Positions 26,498 through 42,762 of a stretch of DNA of 64,000 nt are shown here, one piece after another; the stretch's first letter is position 1; each line of letters opens with the position of its first letter. Location of the stretch: assembly GCA_951406725.2 (NCBI GenBank), contig OX597815.1, forward strand, positions 163,804,001 to 163,868,000. The letters are read 5' to 3'. The notes below the pieces were generated by a model. It was not told the origin of the DNA. It did not search any database and saw only the letters and a program-made list of their open reading frames with translations. A program made the position numbers and the translations under genes. This DNA comes from Octopus vulgaris. Its lineage: Eukaryota.

Positions 26498-27469
26498 GAT
26501 TGTGTTGTGTGTCTATATATAACGAATAATATATATGTGTGATCTACTCATAGCATTTACTGTTTTAATAATCGTATTATACTTTGACAATTATCTCTCC
26601 CTTTTCTTCTATTATTTGTTTTTATAAGCTTTCCTTTTTCCTATTTTGTATCAATCATTGCGGTTATTATTCTTCTATTACACATATGTCTACGCTTATC
26701 ATTCCACCACTCAGAGACAGAAACTGCATACCTTCACATACTAACTAACATATACGAGTCTCTAATTATACGCACTTACACATGAATACACAAATATATA
26801 TTATACATACAGATTTGTATAAATGTGTACGTGTAAGTGTGCCTGTGTGTATGTGTGTGTGTGCAAGTGTGTGTGGCTGTGTATGCAGGCGTCCGTACGT
26901 CTTTGTACGTAGCGTACCAAACGTACATATATCTCTGATGTCTAGCGAGAGGTTCGAGTTCGCAGCTGTTTTATGCTGTGAACTTTCACTTTCACAACAC
27001 GCACAAAGACACGCACAAACACACAAACGCAAACACGCACACACAGACACAAACATGCCCACGTTGACCCAGGCACAGACCGATACATATGCCCACATTA
27101 TCTTGGCATACATATACACATAGGTAAGAATGCATTTTAACACATAAACTCATACACACAACAGACATGTAAAAAAAAAAAAAAAAAACAAGAAATTCGT
27201 GTTCGATTCGTCGATGATAGATCTTCAGATTTACTCCATCATCTCTCTCTCTCTCTCTCTCTCTTTCTTTTTCGCCTTCCTTTTTCTTTCTTAAACACAC
27301 ACGCACATTCACAAGCTCACACGCGAAATTTATTAAAAATGTACTCGTATGATGGTCATAGATCTGTTAACACGTAGACAAGACTAACGGTTCTGACTGT
27401 CTATCTATCTATCTGTTGAGACTCATGCGGATCTCTCTTTAGCGTAAGGGCGTCCACATAGTGGATTCT

Positions 27470-28400
<931 letters not shown>

Positions 28401-28916
28401 ACGCACACAAATACAAGCAACCGTACATACATACATACATAATACATACATACATAGGTATATGTAATATATATGTGTTATTACTACTTCGACAGAGCTA
28501 TACGGAGAATGCGGCGAGTATGTGCTGTGTGTGTGCGTGTGTGTGTTTGTGTGGTGTGTATGTAGGTATATATATATATATATATATATTTATACATAAA
28601 AAAGTAAAAGATACAGATACACATAGGTAGATGGAAAGATGTCTAAGTTTGTAACTACGTATGTGTATATGTAGTTCTTTTGTACGAATTGGGCATGTAC
28701 GTTGAAGTCTTATGTGTGTGTGTGCATGTCCGTTGTTATGATTTTGTTTGTGCGTGAGTGCGAGAACATGTTTCTGATTGTACATTTAAATGTATGGTAA
28801 CGTATGTGTGAAAGAATATGTGTACGTACATACGTATGTAATATCGTACATATGTATGTATCTGTGTTTGAGCACGAGCACATATGTATGTATGTACAAA
28901 TATATATATATGTATG

Positions 28917-28964
<48 letters not shown>

Positions 28965-29066
28965 AATATATTTATTTATGTATGTATGTATGTGTAGTTG
29001 TGTGCAAACGTATGTAAATGTATGAATATGTGTTCGACTGTAAGTGTAAGATTGTGTGAGTCTGTT

Positions 29067-29097
<31 letters not shown>

Positions 29098-29769
29098 TAG
29101 TGTGTGTTTTTCCTGCAGTTCTCCAATACCTGACAACATACATAATTATGCCTGCTGTGTATATATTTATATATGTGTGTGTGTGTGTGTGTGTATAAAT
29201 GAGTGGCGTATACGTGTGTATATAGCAGAAAACGATAGCGGTTGTGACGTTGAGTTGGCGGCGACGGCGGTGGTTGTGGTAATGGCAGCGATGGCGTCCA
29301 TAGCGGTAATGGCGGCGTATGTGCATGGGAAGAGGGGGAGGCTGTCATCTGCAGCGACTGCACTTGCAGCAGGCCATGATGATGGCACTGAACACAGCTG
29401 CGTGTGTGAATTATCGCTGTAACGGAATTCATTCATCTGTTGATAGTGCATTCTATCTCATGTAGAAATTTACAATGACACAGCACACGTTTGCTTCTGT
29501 TGTTGGATTTGTTGATGTTTGCTGTCAGACTTAGTGTTGTTTATCCCCCCAAGTCATTTATTATATCTAACAGACCTTTTGCTGTTATTGTAATTAGAGG
29601 CTTTCCAACCGTGCCCAACGTGTCTTTATTTCTGTGTAGTTTACTGTTTAGTATAAGCGTTGTCTTATCTGAGATTACGTTACACAACGTGCTTCTTTAT
29701 TCTTATATGAATACGGCAAAAGTTGATCGGAGATAGGTTTAGGTACTACATTGGAAAACAACGAGACCA

Positions 29770-29842
<73 letters not shown>

Positions 29843-30145
29843 CATGTATGTGTATATATATATATATATATGTATGTCTATATATATGTATATGTATATA
29901 TCTCTCTATATATATGTATGTATGTGTTTATATATATGTGTGTGTAGGTGTGCGTGCGTGTATGAAAACATTTATGCATATATATATATATACATATGTG
30001 TGTGTGCGTGTAGGTATGTATGTATATATAAATATATATATTTGTGTGTGTATATATGTATGTATAAATATATGTAGAAGTATGTGTGTGTATATATATG
30101 TGTACGTATGATTGTATATATATTTTATGTATAAGTATGTCTGCC

Positions 30146-30280
<135 letters not shown>

Positions 30281-30726
30281 ACAAATCATATAGAGAGGAA
30301 AGACTAAGAGAGAGAAAAGAGTTTGAATTTGAGTTGGAGTGTGAGGTGCTGTGTTGTGTATATACGAACGTACATGCTACACACATACTTTTAACTCATT
30401 TATACTGTTGATACTAATATGTTAAAATCAACAGCTGCTACATGTTTTACAGCACCATGTGGCGGCATCTTTCATTCATTCATTCAGTCATTCGTTCATT
30501 CGTTTGATTGTGTTATTCTGTCTTTCGCTTAGTCTATCTTTCATTCAAAATTCCTCATGGCAGCACCTAATTTAAACGATGTAACTCAATTGTACTCTGT
30601 ACTCGAAGGCACAGTACTTCCTGTTCTTAGAATTAAATATACATTTATGCATGTACATGTATGTATTTATATGGAAAGATGTAGTATGCCTATAGGTGTG
30701 TGAGTGTGTGTGTGTACATGTATACG

Positions 30727-30766
<40 letters not shown>

Positions 30767-30967
30767 TGTATGAGTGTGTGTGTGTACATGTATGTATATA
30801 TGTTTATATATATATATATATATATGCAAAAATCTCAGACATCGCATTAGTGAAAAATTTATATCAAACATATAATGTGTGTGTGTGTGTGTCTGTGAGT
30901 GTATGTGTATACAATTATGTACGTATGCATGTATGAATGCATATATACACGTTTCTTTATGACGTAC

Positions 30968-31002
<35 letters not shown>

Positions 31003-31672
31003 TGTGTATATGTATATATGTATGTATATATATATATATGTATGTGTATATGTATGTATGTTTATATATATATATGTATGTATATATATATGTACATACA
31101 TACACACATATGCGCATGTGTATGTATGAACATGAATTACATGTGTGGCTATGAGCGTACGTGTTTGTGTATATTTACACGCATACACATTCACGCACAC
31201 ACATATATATATATATATTTATATATGCACGAATATACTCACTATCTCTCTCTCTCTCACACACACATACATACACACATATGCATGTATCTTTATATAC
31301 GTACGTATACATACACACTCACTTATATACACTCACGAATCGTTGAAGTGAAATAACTAGCCTTCTACACACTGTAATTATCTCTCAGTTCACCTTTTTA
31401 CAAACGCAGTGATGTGAGCGTGAATAAGCAAGCGTGTTTATGTATACGCATGGTTTTGGTCTCCGCTGTCCTTTGTGCGCGTGCGTGCGAATGTGTATGC
31501 ATACAATGTCATGCTTGTGTGTATGCGTTTGTGTGTGTGTATATATGTATGTGTGTGTGTGTGCCCGCGCATATGTGCACATAGTAGTCTGTATATTTGT
31601 AACTCTTGTCGATATAGTCGTGTTTGTATATATATATATACATACATACATATACACATATGTGTATGTATG

Positions 31673-31703
<31 letters not shown>

Positions 31704-32649
31704 AAACACACACACTCACACAAACACACACACATATATATATAATATAATATGTATGTGTGTATGTACTTCAATCATCCAAATTGTTGTATACAATGCA
31801 CGTAAATAATATTCAACCAAAAACCGCCTAATCGATATACTATATGCTAACGCGAGCCAGAGAGGTAGTCTTTTCATAGTAACACGGTCTATTGAAAATA
31901 ATAGCCAAAACCATTATCAAATCACAGCCTACCTTCTTAAAGAAGCATTAAGGAGATATTGTCTAGTGTAGGTTCTTGAGTCCTAGATATAAAACATACG
32001 GTTTTGTTATCGCTGAGATGCTTTTAGCCTTAGGCATGTTCATCCATGTCTGAGCTGGGGTTAAAAAACAGTAACAGTTTTCTGATGATACAACTAATGA
32101 AGCTGTATGTAGTTTATTGAACTGTTAGAGATCGGAGCTAAATCTACCTCGAAAAGTAGAATGGGGGAAGGAATTTGATTAAGTAGTCTTACGTAAACCA
32201 TTTCTGAAAATACGAGATGAGATGGTTATGGGTGGAGCGCCTCTGACTATATATATGTCTGTTCGATCACAGCTAAATTTGAGGTGACTAACCTATACGG
32301 CAACATCAGTTAAATAAATCTTCTTCGAATCACAAAAGAAAAAAAGAAAAATTGAAGACAGCACATTAGTAAATGTAGTCTTAAATTTATTGTTTCAATA
32401 AAAGAGGGTATGTTCATGGCTGTAGCGCTTTTGATCATCATATATCTGTCTGGTCATTGTTAATAAGAGCAGTGACATAACACAGTGCTAAGAAATAGTC
32501 ATCTTAACACACCGTCATTAACTAAAGACATAACAAACTAGACGAAATTTGACGTCACCTCACACCAGCGCCCGACGACAGCTCCCTCTCTCACTCACTA
32601 TTGTTTGCTTACTTCTCGGCTGCACAGGGTTAATTAATGATCTCTTACA

Positions 32650-34600
32650 TAAACACGAGGCCAGTAATTAGAGGAAAGAGTTTATTTACTTGATTAAATT
32701 AACTCCAGTTCTTGACGGCTGCGATATATTTTTTTTTTCAACCTTCGAAAGATGAAAGGCAAGTCCGACTGCGACAAGATTTTAACTCAGAACGTAAGGA
32801 GTCGGAACAAATACCAAGATCTTTCTATCCTTTGCTATAACGTGTCGGTCAATTCATCAACCTCTTGGGGTTAAATTATGTTCTGTGGGGCGGAGGTCTC
32901 TTACGTATTACAAAACACACCCACAAATCCCCTCACTACAATAATAATAATCCTTTCTAGTATAGCCACAAGGCCTGGAATTGGGGAGGAGTTAGTCGAT
33001 TATATTGACCCCAGCCATTAACTGGTACTTTTTTCATCGACCCCGAAAGGTTGAAAGGCAAAGTGGACGGCGGTGGAATTTGAACTCAGAACATAGCGAC
33101 GGGCAAATTACCGCTAAGCATTTTGTCCAGCATGCTAACGATTCTTGTTTCTTTACTGTCAACAAGGAGCTACACACAGAGGGGACAAACAAGGACAGAC
33201 AAACGGATTGAGTCAATTACATAGAGCCCAGCGCGTAACTGGTACTTAATTTATCGATCCCGAAAGGATGAAAGCCAAAGTCGACCTCGGCGGAATTTGA
33301 ACTCAGAACGTAGCGGCAAACGAAATACCGCTAAGCATTTTATCAAACGCGCTAACTACTCGGCCAGATCGCTGCAACAGTCACTTCATATTTTGGCACA
33401 AAGGCAGCAACTTCAGTCGTTGGTGGTGGTGGGAGTTGACTGATGCCGTTGACTCCAGTTTTGGACTACGGCTTTATTTTATCGAATTGGAAAGGATAAA
33501 AAGGTGACGTTGAACTCGGCGGACATTGAACTAAAGGTGTAAACAGCCGAAAGAAATGTCACTAAACATTTTGTCCGACGCGCTAACGATTCTGCTAGCA
33601 GTACATAATCGCCTTACTACTACTACTACTACAAATAATAATAATAATGGTTTCAAATTTTAGCACAAGGCCAGCAATTTCAGGGTAAGGGGATGAGTCG
33701 AATACGTCGATCCCAGTACTCAACTAGTACTTTAATACTTATTTTATCTACCCAGAAACGATGAAAGGCAAAGGCGACCTCGGCGGAATTTGAAATCTGA
33801 ACGTAACGACGGCCGAAACAGCATATTGTTCGACGCGCTAACGATTCTGCCAACGCACTGCCTTAGATAATGATAATAAGTATAATAATCCTTTCTACTA
33901 TAGGAACAAGCCCTGAAATGTTGGGCGGGGGGACTAGTCGATTACATTAACCCCAGCGTTTCAGTGGTTCTTAATTTATCGACCCCGAAAGGATGAAAGG
34001 CAAAGTCCGCGGCGGAATTTGAACTCAGATCATAGCGACGGACGAAATACCTATTTCTTTATTACCCACAAGGGGCTAAACATAGAGGGGACAAACAAGG
34101 ACAGACATAGGTATTAAGTCGATTAAATCGTCCCCAGTGCGTAACTGGTACTTTATTTATCGACCCCGAAAGGATGAAAGGCAAAGTCGACCTCGGTGGA
34201 ATTTGAACTCAGAACGTAACGACAGACAAAATACCGCTAAGCATTTCGCCCGGCGCGCTAACGTTTCTGCCAGCTCGCCGCCTTATATAATAATAATAAT
34301 AATAATAATAGTAGTAGTAATTGTAATAATAATAATCCTTTCTATTTGTGGGGAGGGGACTAGTCGATTGCACTGACTTCAACGTTTCATTGGTACTTAA
34401 TTTATCGACCTTGAAAGGATGAAAGGCAAAGTCGACCTCGGTGGAATTTGAACTCAGAATGCAGCGACTGGCGAAATATCGCCGAGCATGTCGCCCGGCG
34501 TGCTAATGATTCTGCCAGCTCGCTGCATTTAATAATAATAATCTTTTCTACTAAAAGCACAAAGCCTGAAAGTTGGTGGGAGGGAACTTGTCGATTACGC
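32650..34600 (-). mobile_element. Tandem cluster of SINE A copies, mostly minus strand, with (AAT)n spacers
   Basis: Repeated cores. Nested junctions at ~33145 and 34051. Confidence 0.85.
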
Positions 34601-34969
34601 TGAGGAGGAGGAGGAAGAGGTAGTGGCGTCGGCGGCTGCGGCGTTGGTGGTGGTGGTGGTGGTGGATATGGAAAAAATATGATAGCGACAATGAACATGT
34701 TCTTGTCGATGTTGACAGAAGTATAAGTCTACGGTATCGATCACCAAGATATAACTGGTATTGTCATGTATATACTTTCAAATATAGCAGAAACGAATTT
34801 TAACTACTCCGTTTTTGTTTTTTTATGATGTCGTAGTGTTCATAATAGAATATAATATAACGTGAAATCTGTATGCTGTGCATGTATGTGTGCGAGGAGA
34901 AGGGCAGTAATTATTATTATTATTATTGTTATTATTATTATTATCATCATTATTATTATTATCATTATT

Positions 34970-35000
<31 letters not shown>

Positions 35001-35126
35001 CCATATGTGTGATTTTGCGTGTATATCAGTGTGTACGTAAGTATATGTGCTGCAGTGTGTGTGAACATGTCTCTGAATGTTGATGTATGTATGTATGTAT
35101 GTATGTATGCATGTATGTATGTATAG

Positions 35127-35283
35127 ACGCAGGCGTGGCTGCGTGGGAAAAAGCTTGCTTCCCAACCACATAGTTCCGGGTTCAGTTTCACTGAGTGGCA
35201 CCTTCGTCAAGTGTCTTCTGCTATAGCCTTGCACCGACCAAAGCCTTGTGAATAGATTTTGCAGGTGGAAGACGCCCATCGTG

Positions 35284-35318
<35 letters not shown>

Positions 35319-35512
35319 CTTTGTGTCTGTGTTTGTCCCCCACTACCGTTTGACAACCGGTTTCGGTGTGTTCGGCAAAAGAAATCGATAGAATAAGTAC
35401 TGGGCGTAAAAAAAAAATTCCTGGGATCGATTTCTTCGAGTAAAACCCTTCAAGGCGGTGCCCCAGCATGGCCACAATCAAATGACCGAAACAAAAGATA
35501 TAAAATAGCGTG

Positions 35513-35564
<52 letters not shown>

Positions 35565-35720
35565 TGGCTGTGTGGTAAGAAGTTTGCTTCCAAACCACAT
35601 GATTCCGGGTTCAGTCCCACTACGTGACACCTTGGGCAAGTTTCTTCTCCTATAGCGTCGGGTTGACCAAAGTCTTGTCACTGGATTTGGTAGACGGAAA
35701 CTTAAAAAAGGAGCCCGTCG
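35127..35720 (+). mobile_element. SINE B (near full length) plus a second SINE B head
   Basis: Homology to 51143-51540. Confidence 0.85.
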
Positions 35721-35819
35721 TGTACATATACATATATATACATGAAAATATAAATATTATTAAAATGACATTAATATCCAGCAAGAATAAAGCACCATAT
35801 ATTACTGCGTGTATACCTG

Positions 35820-35866
<47 letters not shown>

Positions 35867-36042
35867 TATATATACCTTTGTGTGCGAGTGTTGTGAGTGT
35901 GTAGCTATATAAATATATGTACCTGACCACCTGTTTAAACAAAGATTAATTTCCTACCCACTATAATCTGATTTATTTACTCTTACCTATATACATATTT
36001 ATGAATGAATAGATGTGTGCGTATACACGCTTCTGTATCCTT

Positions 36043-36103
<61 letters not shown>

Positions 36104-36491
36104 CGCGCGCATGTATGTGTGTTTTATTAGCATATTTCTATATGTGCGTGGTTTTGTGCATATTTGTATGTACGTAAGTAGGTATATCTGAAACAATACA
36201 AACATACCTGCCCACCTATTTTCAATGTGGATTAACTTACCTAACAAAGTTAATCTGTTACGTACATATTCGCGAGGCTGTGTATATATGTGTGTTTGTA
36301 TGTTTTTTTTTTTAGTATATGATCACATCTACCTTCAAACCAGTCCCTATATAGATTATCTAACCGAGAATAATCTCTTTAATATTTTTATATGTGTACT
36401 TGCTTGTGGACGGACGCAGGCTTTCTTCGCCGATGGATCAATTAGGCCAAACTGGAGCCGGTTAAAAGGATTTGCAAACACACACGCACAC

Positions 36492-36530
<39 letters not shown>

Positions 36531-36847
36531 AAAACACTGCAACACGTCACCCACTACACGACCATAATTTCATACATGCAAACAATAACAACAGAAATAT
36601 GATCTTCCGTCTGATTCAACGATGAGTTATTCGAGAGAGAAAAAAACAATACTATGATGGCTGTGTGGATAAGAAGCTTCCTTTGTAACAACGTGGTCTC
36701 GGTTTCAGTTCAATTGTGCGGCACTTTGGGCATGTGTCTTCATTCTACTATAACACTGGCCCGACTAGTGCCTTGTGAGCACATTTGGTAGACTGAACGT
36801 CTGTGGAAGCATGTCGTATAAATTGTGTGTGTATGTTTGCATGTAAA

Positions 36848-36911
<64 letters not shown>

Positions 36912-36912
<1 letters not shown>

Positions 36913-37060
36913 GTTGTGTGGACGCCTCCAGACAATGAAGTAGGCTAGCCCAATACGTAGATACAGAGGGAGAGACTAGAACAGGGAAGCAGTCAGAGGA
37001 GAGTTGAGACTACCGGTAGAGTCGAGCAGAATAGAGGTCATCCAAATATGCGACATAACA
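36912..37060. mobile_element. Solo-LTR-like 149-bp insert in (CTAT)n
   Basis: TG...CA ends with short inverted termini TGTTGTGT / ACATAACA; CTATC on both flanks. Confidence 0.6.
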
Positions 37061-37151
<91 letters not shown>

Positions 37152-37288
37152 TCACAATCAAGATGCAGAAATTGCATATTCCGAATGAACAAGGTAATGT
37201 AATCCGATGGTAGAAAGAATTCCGCGAATTAGGTTCTCCAAAGTCAGTCGGAAGTGTGTGTGTGTGTGTGGTTAAGCATACATACACA

Positions 37289-37500
37289 TACGAGGAGATG
37301 CACAAAAGTTCATCGCTCTAAGGGTATCGCAAAAGGCCTGGTTGGAGGCTCAACCTTCAAATTTCTTTTACAGGGCTTAGAAAAACTGAAGGACCACTGC
37401 AATAAGTGTGTGAATCTGGGAGCGGAATATGTTGAACAAAGTCATAACTTATCCTTCTGTATTTTCTTTTACCCAAAGCCAGGAACTTTTCACTACCCCC
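37289..37500 (+). mobile_element. Mariner-derived MITE retaining the transposase C-terminus
   Basis: TIR-like ends TACGAGGAGATGCACAAAAGTTC / GAACTTTTCACTACCCC. Encodes QGLEKLKDHCNKCVNLGAEYVE (mariner G..KL..RW.KC....G.YVE). A second copy lies at 58063-58266. Confidence 0.85.
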
Positions 37501-37799
37501 ATTCTATCTATATATCTATATACATGACTGTTCTTTTGTGGTTGTTCCCCAACACCACTTAACTACCGGGTCTCAGTTTGTTCATGTCAACTTCACGTAG
37601 CAGTTCGGCAAAGGATATCGATTGTGTAAGTACCAGACTTTAAAATAGTGCTGGAGTTGATTCGTTCGACTAAACCATTCAAATTTGTGCCCCAGCACGT
37701 TGTAGCAGTTGCTGCCAGCCTTGATCAGATATACCTTCTATCAAAGACACTCCAGCGTGAATAACCTCCTTTTTTTCTTACCCCCAGTATACAATGAAC

Positions 37800-38105
37800 G
37801 TGAAGACACGCGGTGTAGTGGTTAAAGTATTCGGCTCATGATCGTAAGGTCTTGAGTTAAATTCCCGGCAGTGCATTGTGTCCGTGAGCAAGACACATTG
37901 TTTCACGTTGCTCCAGTCCACTCAGCTGGCAAAAGTGAGAAGTACATGTATATCAAAGGGCCAGCCTTGTCACATTCCATACTATGCTAAATACTCCTGA
38001 CAACTACGTTGGAATGCTCAGCCAGTTACACGTTAATTTCCCGAACAGTCTGTTTCGTTGATCGGATCAACTGGAACCCTCGCAGTCGTAACCGACGGTG
38101 TGAGA
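37800..38105 (+). mobile_element. SINE D (CORE-type), full length, 12-bp TSD
   Basis: tRNA-like head and CORE-like domain. TSD TATACAATGAAC at 37788-37799 and 38108-38119. Confidence 0.88.
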
Positions 38106-38187
38106 TATATACAATGAACCTATGTGTCCTTTAAGGCAGTGTGGGTGTAATTCCAGCAGTTTTAAAAAAACCCATTTAAAATATAGT

Positions 38188-38444
38188 AAAGTTCCTTCCT
38201 GCGTCATACCGACTCATAAGGGTCAGTTTCCCGGTTTTCCCGTTTCCATGGCGTATACATCCCTCACCGGGACGGGACGCCGGTCCGTCGCAGGATTACT
38301 CATTTTTGCCAGCTGAGTAGACTGGAACAACGTGAAATGATGTGTTCTGCTCAAGAACACAATGCATCGCCAGGTCTAGGAATCGAAAGCAGAATCTTAT
38401 CATCATGAGCTCAACACTGTAACCACTTAGACACGTGCCTCCAC
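38188..38444 (-). mobile_element. SINE D (CORE-type) with an alternative tail
   Basis: Head GTGGAGGCACGTGTCTAAGTGGTTA. TSD-like TTAAA(A/G)TATAG at 38176-86 and 38445-55. Confidence 0.85.
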
Positions 38445-39321
38445 TTAAAGTATAGCTTCCACGTAAAAATCTCCGTCGTTAGCATATAAGGAAATAGGGT
38501 TTGTTTGGCACCAGATCAATCTCGAAAGAGCAAACTTATGACCAAAGGTATTTCATTCATGACCAACAACCTATGTCGGGAGCCATGGGTCACAATATTC
38601 AGTGTATTCTTTTTTAAACACAGTTGTGCGTGATCTGAGGGTGATTTGACTAATATTTCAAGCATTTTGAGTGTCCATAAAAGCTCCCCCACTACTTTGT
38701 TGGTCCTGCTATGTTTACTTTAACTGTAAGTTTTAAGGAGAATGCGACATCAAGTACGCATACTTGTGCAAGCAAATGTTTCCGTGAGGGCGCAGGCGTG
38801 GCGAAGAAGTTAAAAAGCACGCTTCGGAATCATGAGGACAAGTGTTCGATCCTACCGTGTGGTATCTTGAGCAAGTTTTTTTTTTTTGTTGCTAATTTAG
38901 CCTCGTGGGTCGACGTAAATTGCTTCGAAATCTATTGGATGAAGTGATGCTGTGTGTAATTCAGAGTCAACCTTCTTACATTTTGCTTTTGTTTTTCACT
39001 TCCTTCGGTCACCGGGTTACGACCATGCTGGAACACCACTTTGAAAGACTCTACCCCAGTACTTATTTTCTAATGGTGACACTGTCGCGGACGTGAACAA
39101 ACCAGCAGCAGTTGTCAACGGTGATGGGGGGGGGGGGAACAAAACCAAGACACACCTACGTACAAATTGAATGCGACGCATCCATTTCCATATATGTATG
39201 TGTGTATGTATATATATATACATACACATACATATGCACACACACACATACACACGCACGCATACACCTAATACATACATATATATATGTATTTGTATAT
39301 ATATATATATGTATGCATACA

Positions 39322-39368
<47 letters not shown>

Positions 39369-39556
39369 TTATACCGATGTGTGGGGTGGGGTAACACATC
39401 TATAGCCACAAACATTAAAGTGGGGATTGATGTGTGTGTATATGTCTAACCAAATTTTCCAAGATATTCAAGTAAAGTCTGTCTCAACAGTCTGCAATCT
39501 CTACAATAACATGTCAACGAAGGGAAATAGTTTTTCTTCTCTCATTATTATTATTA

Positions 39557-39608
<52 letters not shown>

Positions 39609-40505
39609 CATTATTATCATCATCATCATTATCATCCTCATACTTCTCCTTTTCTTCATGTTTGACCTTTTGAATTTCAGCAAAATGCAAGTTCCAAAAA
39701 AATTGAAGTATGGAATTAACTTCTGCAACAGTTTCCTAAAGGAAAAAAAACGCAAGGACAACTACACACATACACTCACGCATACATCTAAATACGCATG
39801 CATAAATGTATGTATATATGCATGTATACATATAAATATACATATTTACGTTGATATATATGTATTTACATATTTACGTGCGTATATATGTATGCACGTA
39901 TGTATAAGAGAATTTAGAAGCAGTCGATGTCTCGCTTAGTTCTGAACACGTCTGTTGTTAGAGAGTGAAAGTGTAGAAAGAAATTGACTGCCATGTTCCG
40001 GGAACTTTGAGCACAGTTGTTTTCCGGTGTCCAATGAGACATGCGTGTGGCTTTTGACTTTCATATTTTTTCTACCTGAATATTGGAGGTCATTTGCCAA
40101 TAAGTTTGCTTCCCAACTACACGGTTCTGTGTTCAGTCTCACTGTGTGACACCTTGAGCAAGTGTCTTCAACTATAACCTCGAGTCGACCAATGAAAGTC
40201 GTCCCTCGTCTATATTAATGTGTGTGTCTGTGTCTATGCTTGCCTCCCACCACCGCTTGACAAATGGTATTGGCGTGTTTGTGTCTCCGAAGCCTAGCAG
40301 TTCAGCAAAGATAACTGACAGAATATGTACTGTGGTCGAATCATTCGACTAAAAATTCTTCAAGGCGGTGCTCCAGCATGGCCGCAGTCAAATAATGGAA
40401 TCAGGTAAAAGATAAAAGATTGCAATTTCTTATCAACACAGTAGTGAACGGTTCACCGTTTGTGTCGCATTCTGGATTAGATCGTCGGCTCAATTTCTGC
40501 CTTAC

Positions 40506-40860
40506 TTGAGATTCTCTGTATGTTACGAGATGAGATTTTCTGTACGTTACGAGATGAGATTTTCTGTACGTTACGAGATGAGATTTTCTGTACGTTACGA
40601 GATGAAATTTTCTGTACGTTACGAGATGAGATTTTCTGTACGTTATGAAATGAGATTTTCTGTACGTTACGAGATGAGATTTTCTGTACGTTACGAGATG
40701 AGATTTTCTGTACGTTACGAGATGGGATTTTCTGTACGTTACGAGAAGAGATTTTCTGTACGTTACGAGAAGAGATTTTCTGTACGTTATGAAATGAGAT
40801 TTTCTGTAAGTTATGAGATTAGATTTTCTGTACTTTGAGATTAGGTTTTTTGTACGTTAA
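40506..40860. repeat. 24-bp minisatellite (GAGATGAGATTTTCTGTACGTTAC), about 15 units
   Basis: Direct inspection; homogeneous centre and degenerate edges. Confidence 0.95.
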
Positions 40861-41217
40861 TTTTCAGTGATAGTATATGAAAGATGCCTGCTTCCAATGT
40901 GGTCATGTATGGCATCTCATGATGGTGTTCTGACAGTGCTCTTGATTCAACAAATATACTTCTTGTTTTCCTTCCTGAATACAGCTGATAATACTGTGAT
41001 ATTACTTAAAATGCATAGCCACTGCCTCAATGAGCTGCGAAATCTAGAAAAACAAACCTGTAATATAGGTACTGCGATAGTTAAATGGTTAAAGAGTTTG
41101 CATCGCAATTATGAGAGCCTGGGTTTGGTCCCATAAACTTGCACCTTATTTCAAGTGTAGCCTCTAGTTGCTTTGTGCCTTGAATGAAATTTTGTAGACG
41201 GAAAGAGAATGGAATCT

Positions 41218-41281
<64 letters not shown>

Positions 41282-41372
41282 ATGCCTTGCAGCTACTGTC
41301 TATACCTCGCTGAGATTTATCCTTGCTTGTTTACACTTTTTCGAGATCAGTAACTTTTCGTCACTGGAACGA

Positions 41373-41406
<34 letters not shown>

Positions 41407-41471
41407 GCATTGGGAACCACTTCACATGGGCAACCGGGAGAAGAGGAGGGGGAGAAGGAAGGAGAGGAAGA

Positions 41472-41517
<46 letters not shown>

Positions 41518-41603
41518 ACCTTTGAAGCTTTTGTCTCATTCATTGGACTGCAGCTCGCGTAAACAAACCAACACTGGTTGTGAAATGGATGACAAACGCA
41601 AAG

Positions 41604-41680
<77 letters not shown>

Positions 41681-41849
41681 CATGCACACACATACACACA
41701 CATATATACGACAGGCTTCCACACAGTTTCCGTCTATCATATTCGCTCACAAAGCGTTGCTCTAAAGTAGAAGATGCTTATCGAAGTTACTACGTGGTTT
41801 ATTAAAGCCAGAACAATGTGTTTGGAAAGCAAACTTTTAATCTCGCAAC

Positions 41850-41883
<34 letters not shown>

Positions 41884-42069
41884 TGTTTTTATATTACTGA
41901 GGTTGGTATGCACGACTAAGCCTTTGAATACTTGCAATCTACTAACAGTAAAGTACTTCATGTGATGGAAATCAGTTTTGATTGTTACTCATTAACTCTC
42001 TCTCTCTCCCTCCCTCCCTCCCTCTCTCTCTCCCTCCCTCCCTCCCTCTCTCTCTCTCTCTCTCCCTCT

Positions 42070-42104
<35 letters not shown>

Positions 42105-42109
<5 letters not shown>

Positions 42110-42303
42110 GTTTCAGTCATTTGACTGCGGCCATGATGGAGCACCGCCTTTAGTCGAGCAAATCGACCTAGGACTTAATCTTTGTTTTAGCCTAATACTT
42201 ATTCTATCGGTCTTTTTTGCCGAACTGCTAAGTTACGGGGACGCAAACACACCACGATCAGTTGTCAAGTGATGTTAGGGACGGATCAAACACAGACAAA
42301 CAA

Positions 42304-42365
<62 letters not shown>

Positions 42366-42719
42366 GGCAGTTTGTCTGTGTGTGTTTCTGTGTGTCTGTC
42401 AGGTTGTACCCTCACCCTGACCACGGCTTTCAACCGATTCTGATGAAACTTGACACACACATAGCCCAATGTCATAATTCAAAACTAACGCAGCGAAAAT
42501 TTTGAAAAGTTCCCCCAGTTCTGAAAAAAATCGATAAATTCGACATGGAGTCGAGAATCAGAAACACAAACCACAGACTGTCTAGGGGACGCAACTCGAC
42601 TTTTTTAACTAAAAAAAAAATTTACCATCATTTTTTTTCCATTTTTTGGCTATAACTCTCTAAAAATGCTTTATAGTTATTTCCCTTACAAACCCGAGCA
42701 ACGCCGGGCGATACTGCTA

Positions 42720-42762
<43 letters not shown>

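Noticed and set aside
40506-40860. CRISPR-like regular array
   Set aside because: Head-to-tail repeats with no unique spacers, in a eukaryotic context.
41278-41375. TA-flanked island with GTGACGA...GAAA on the minus strand
   Set aside because: Core and stems are too degenerate to call a ribozyme.
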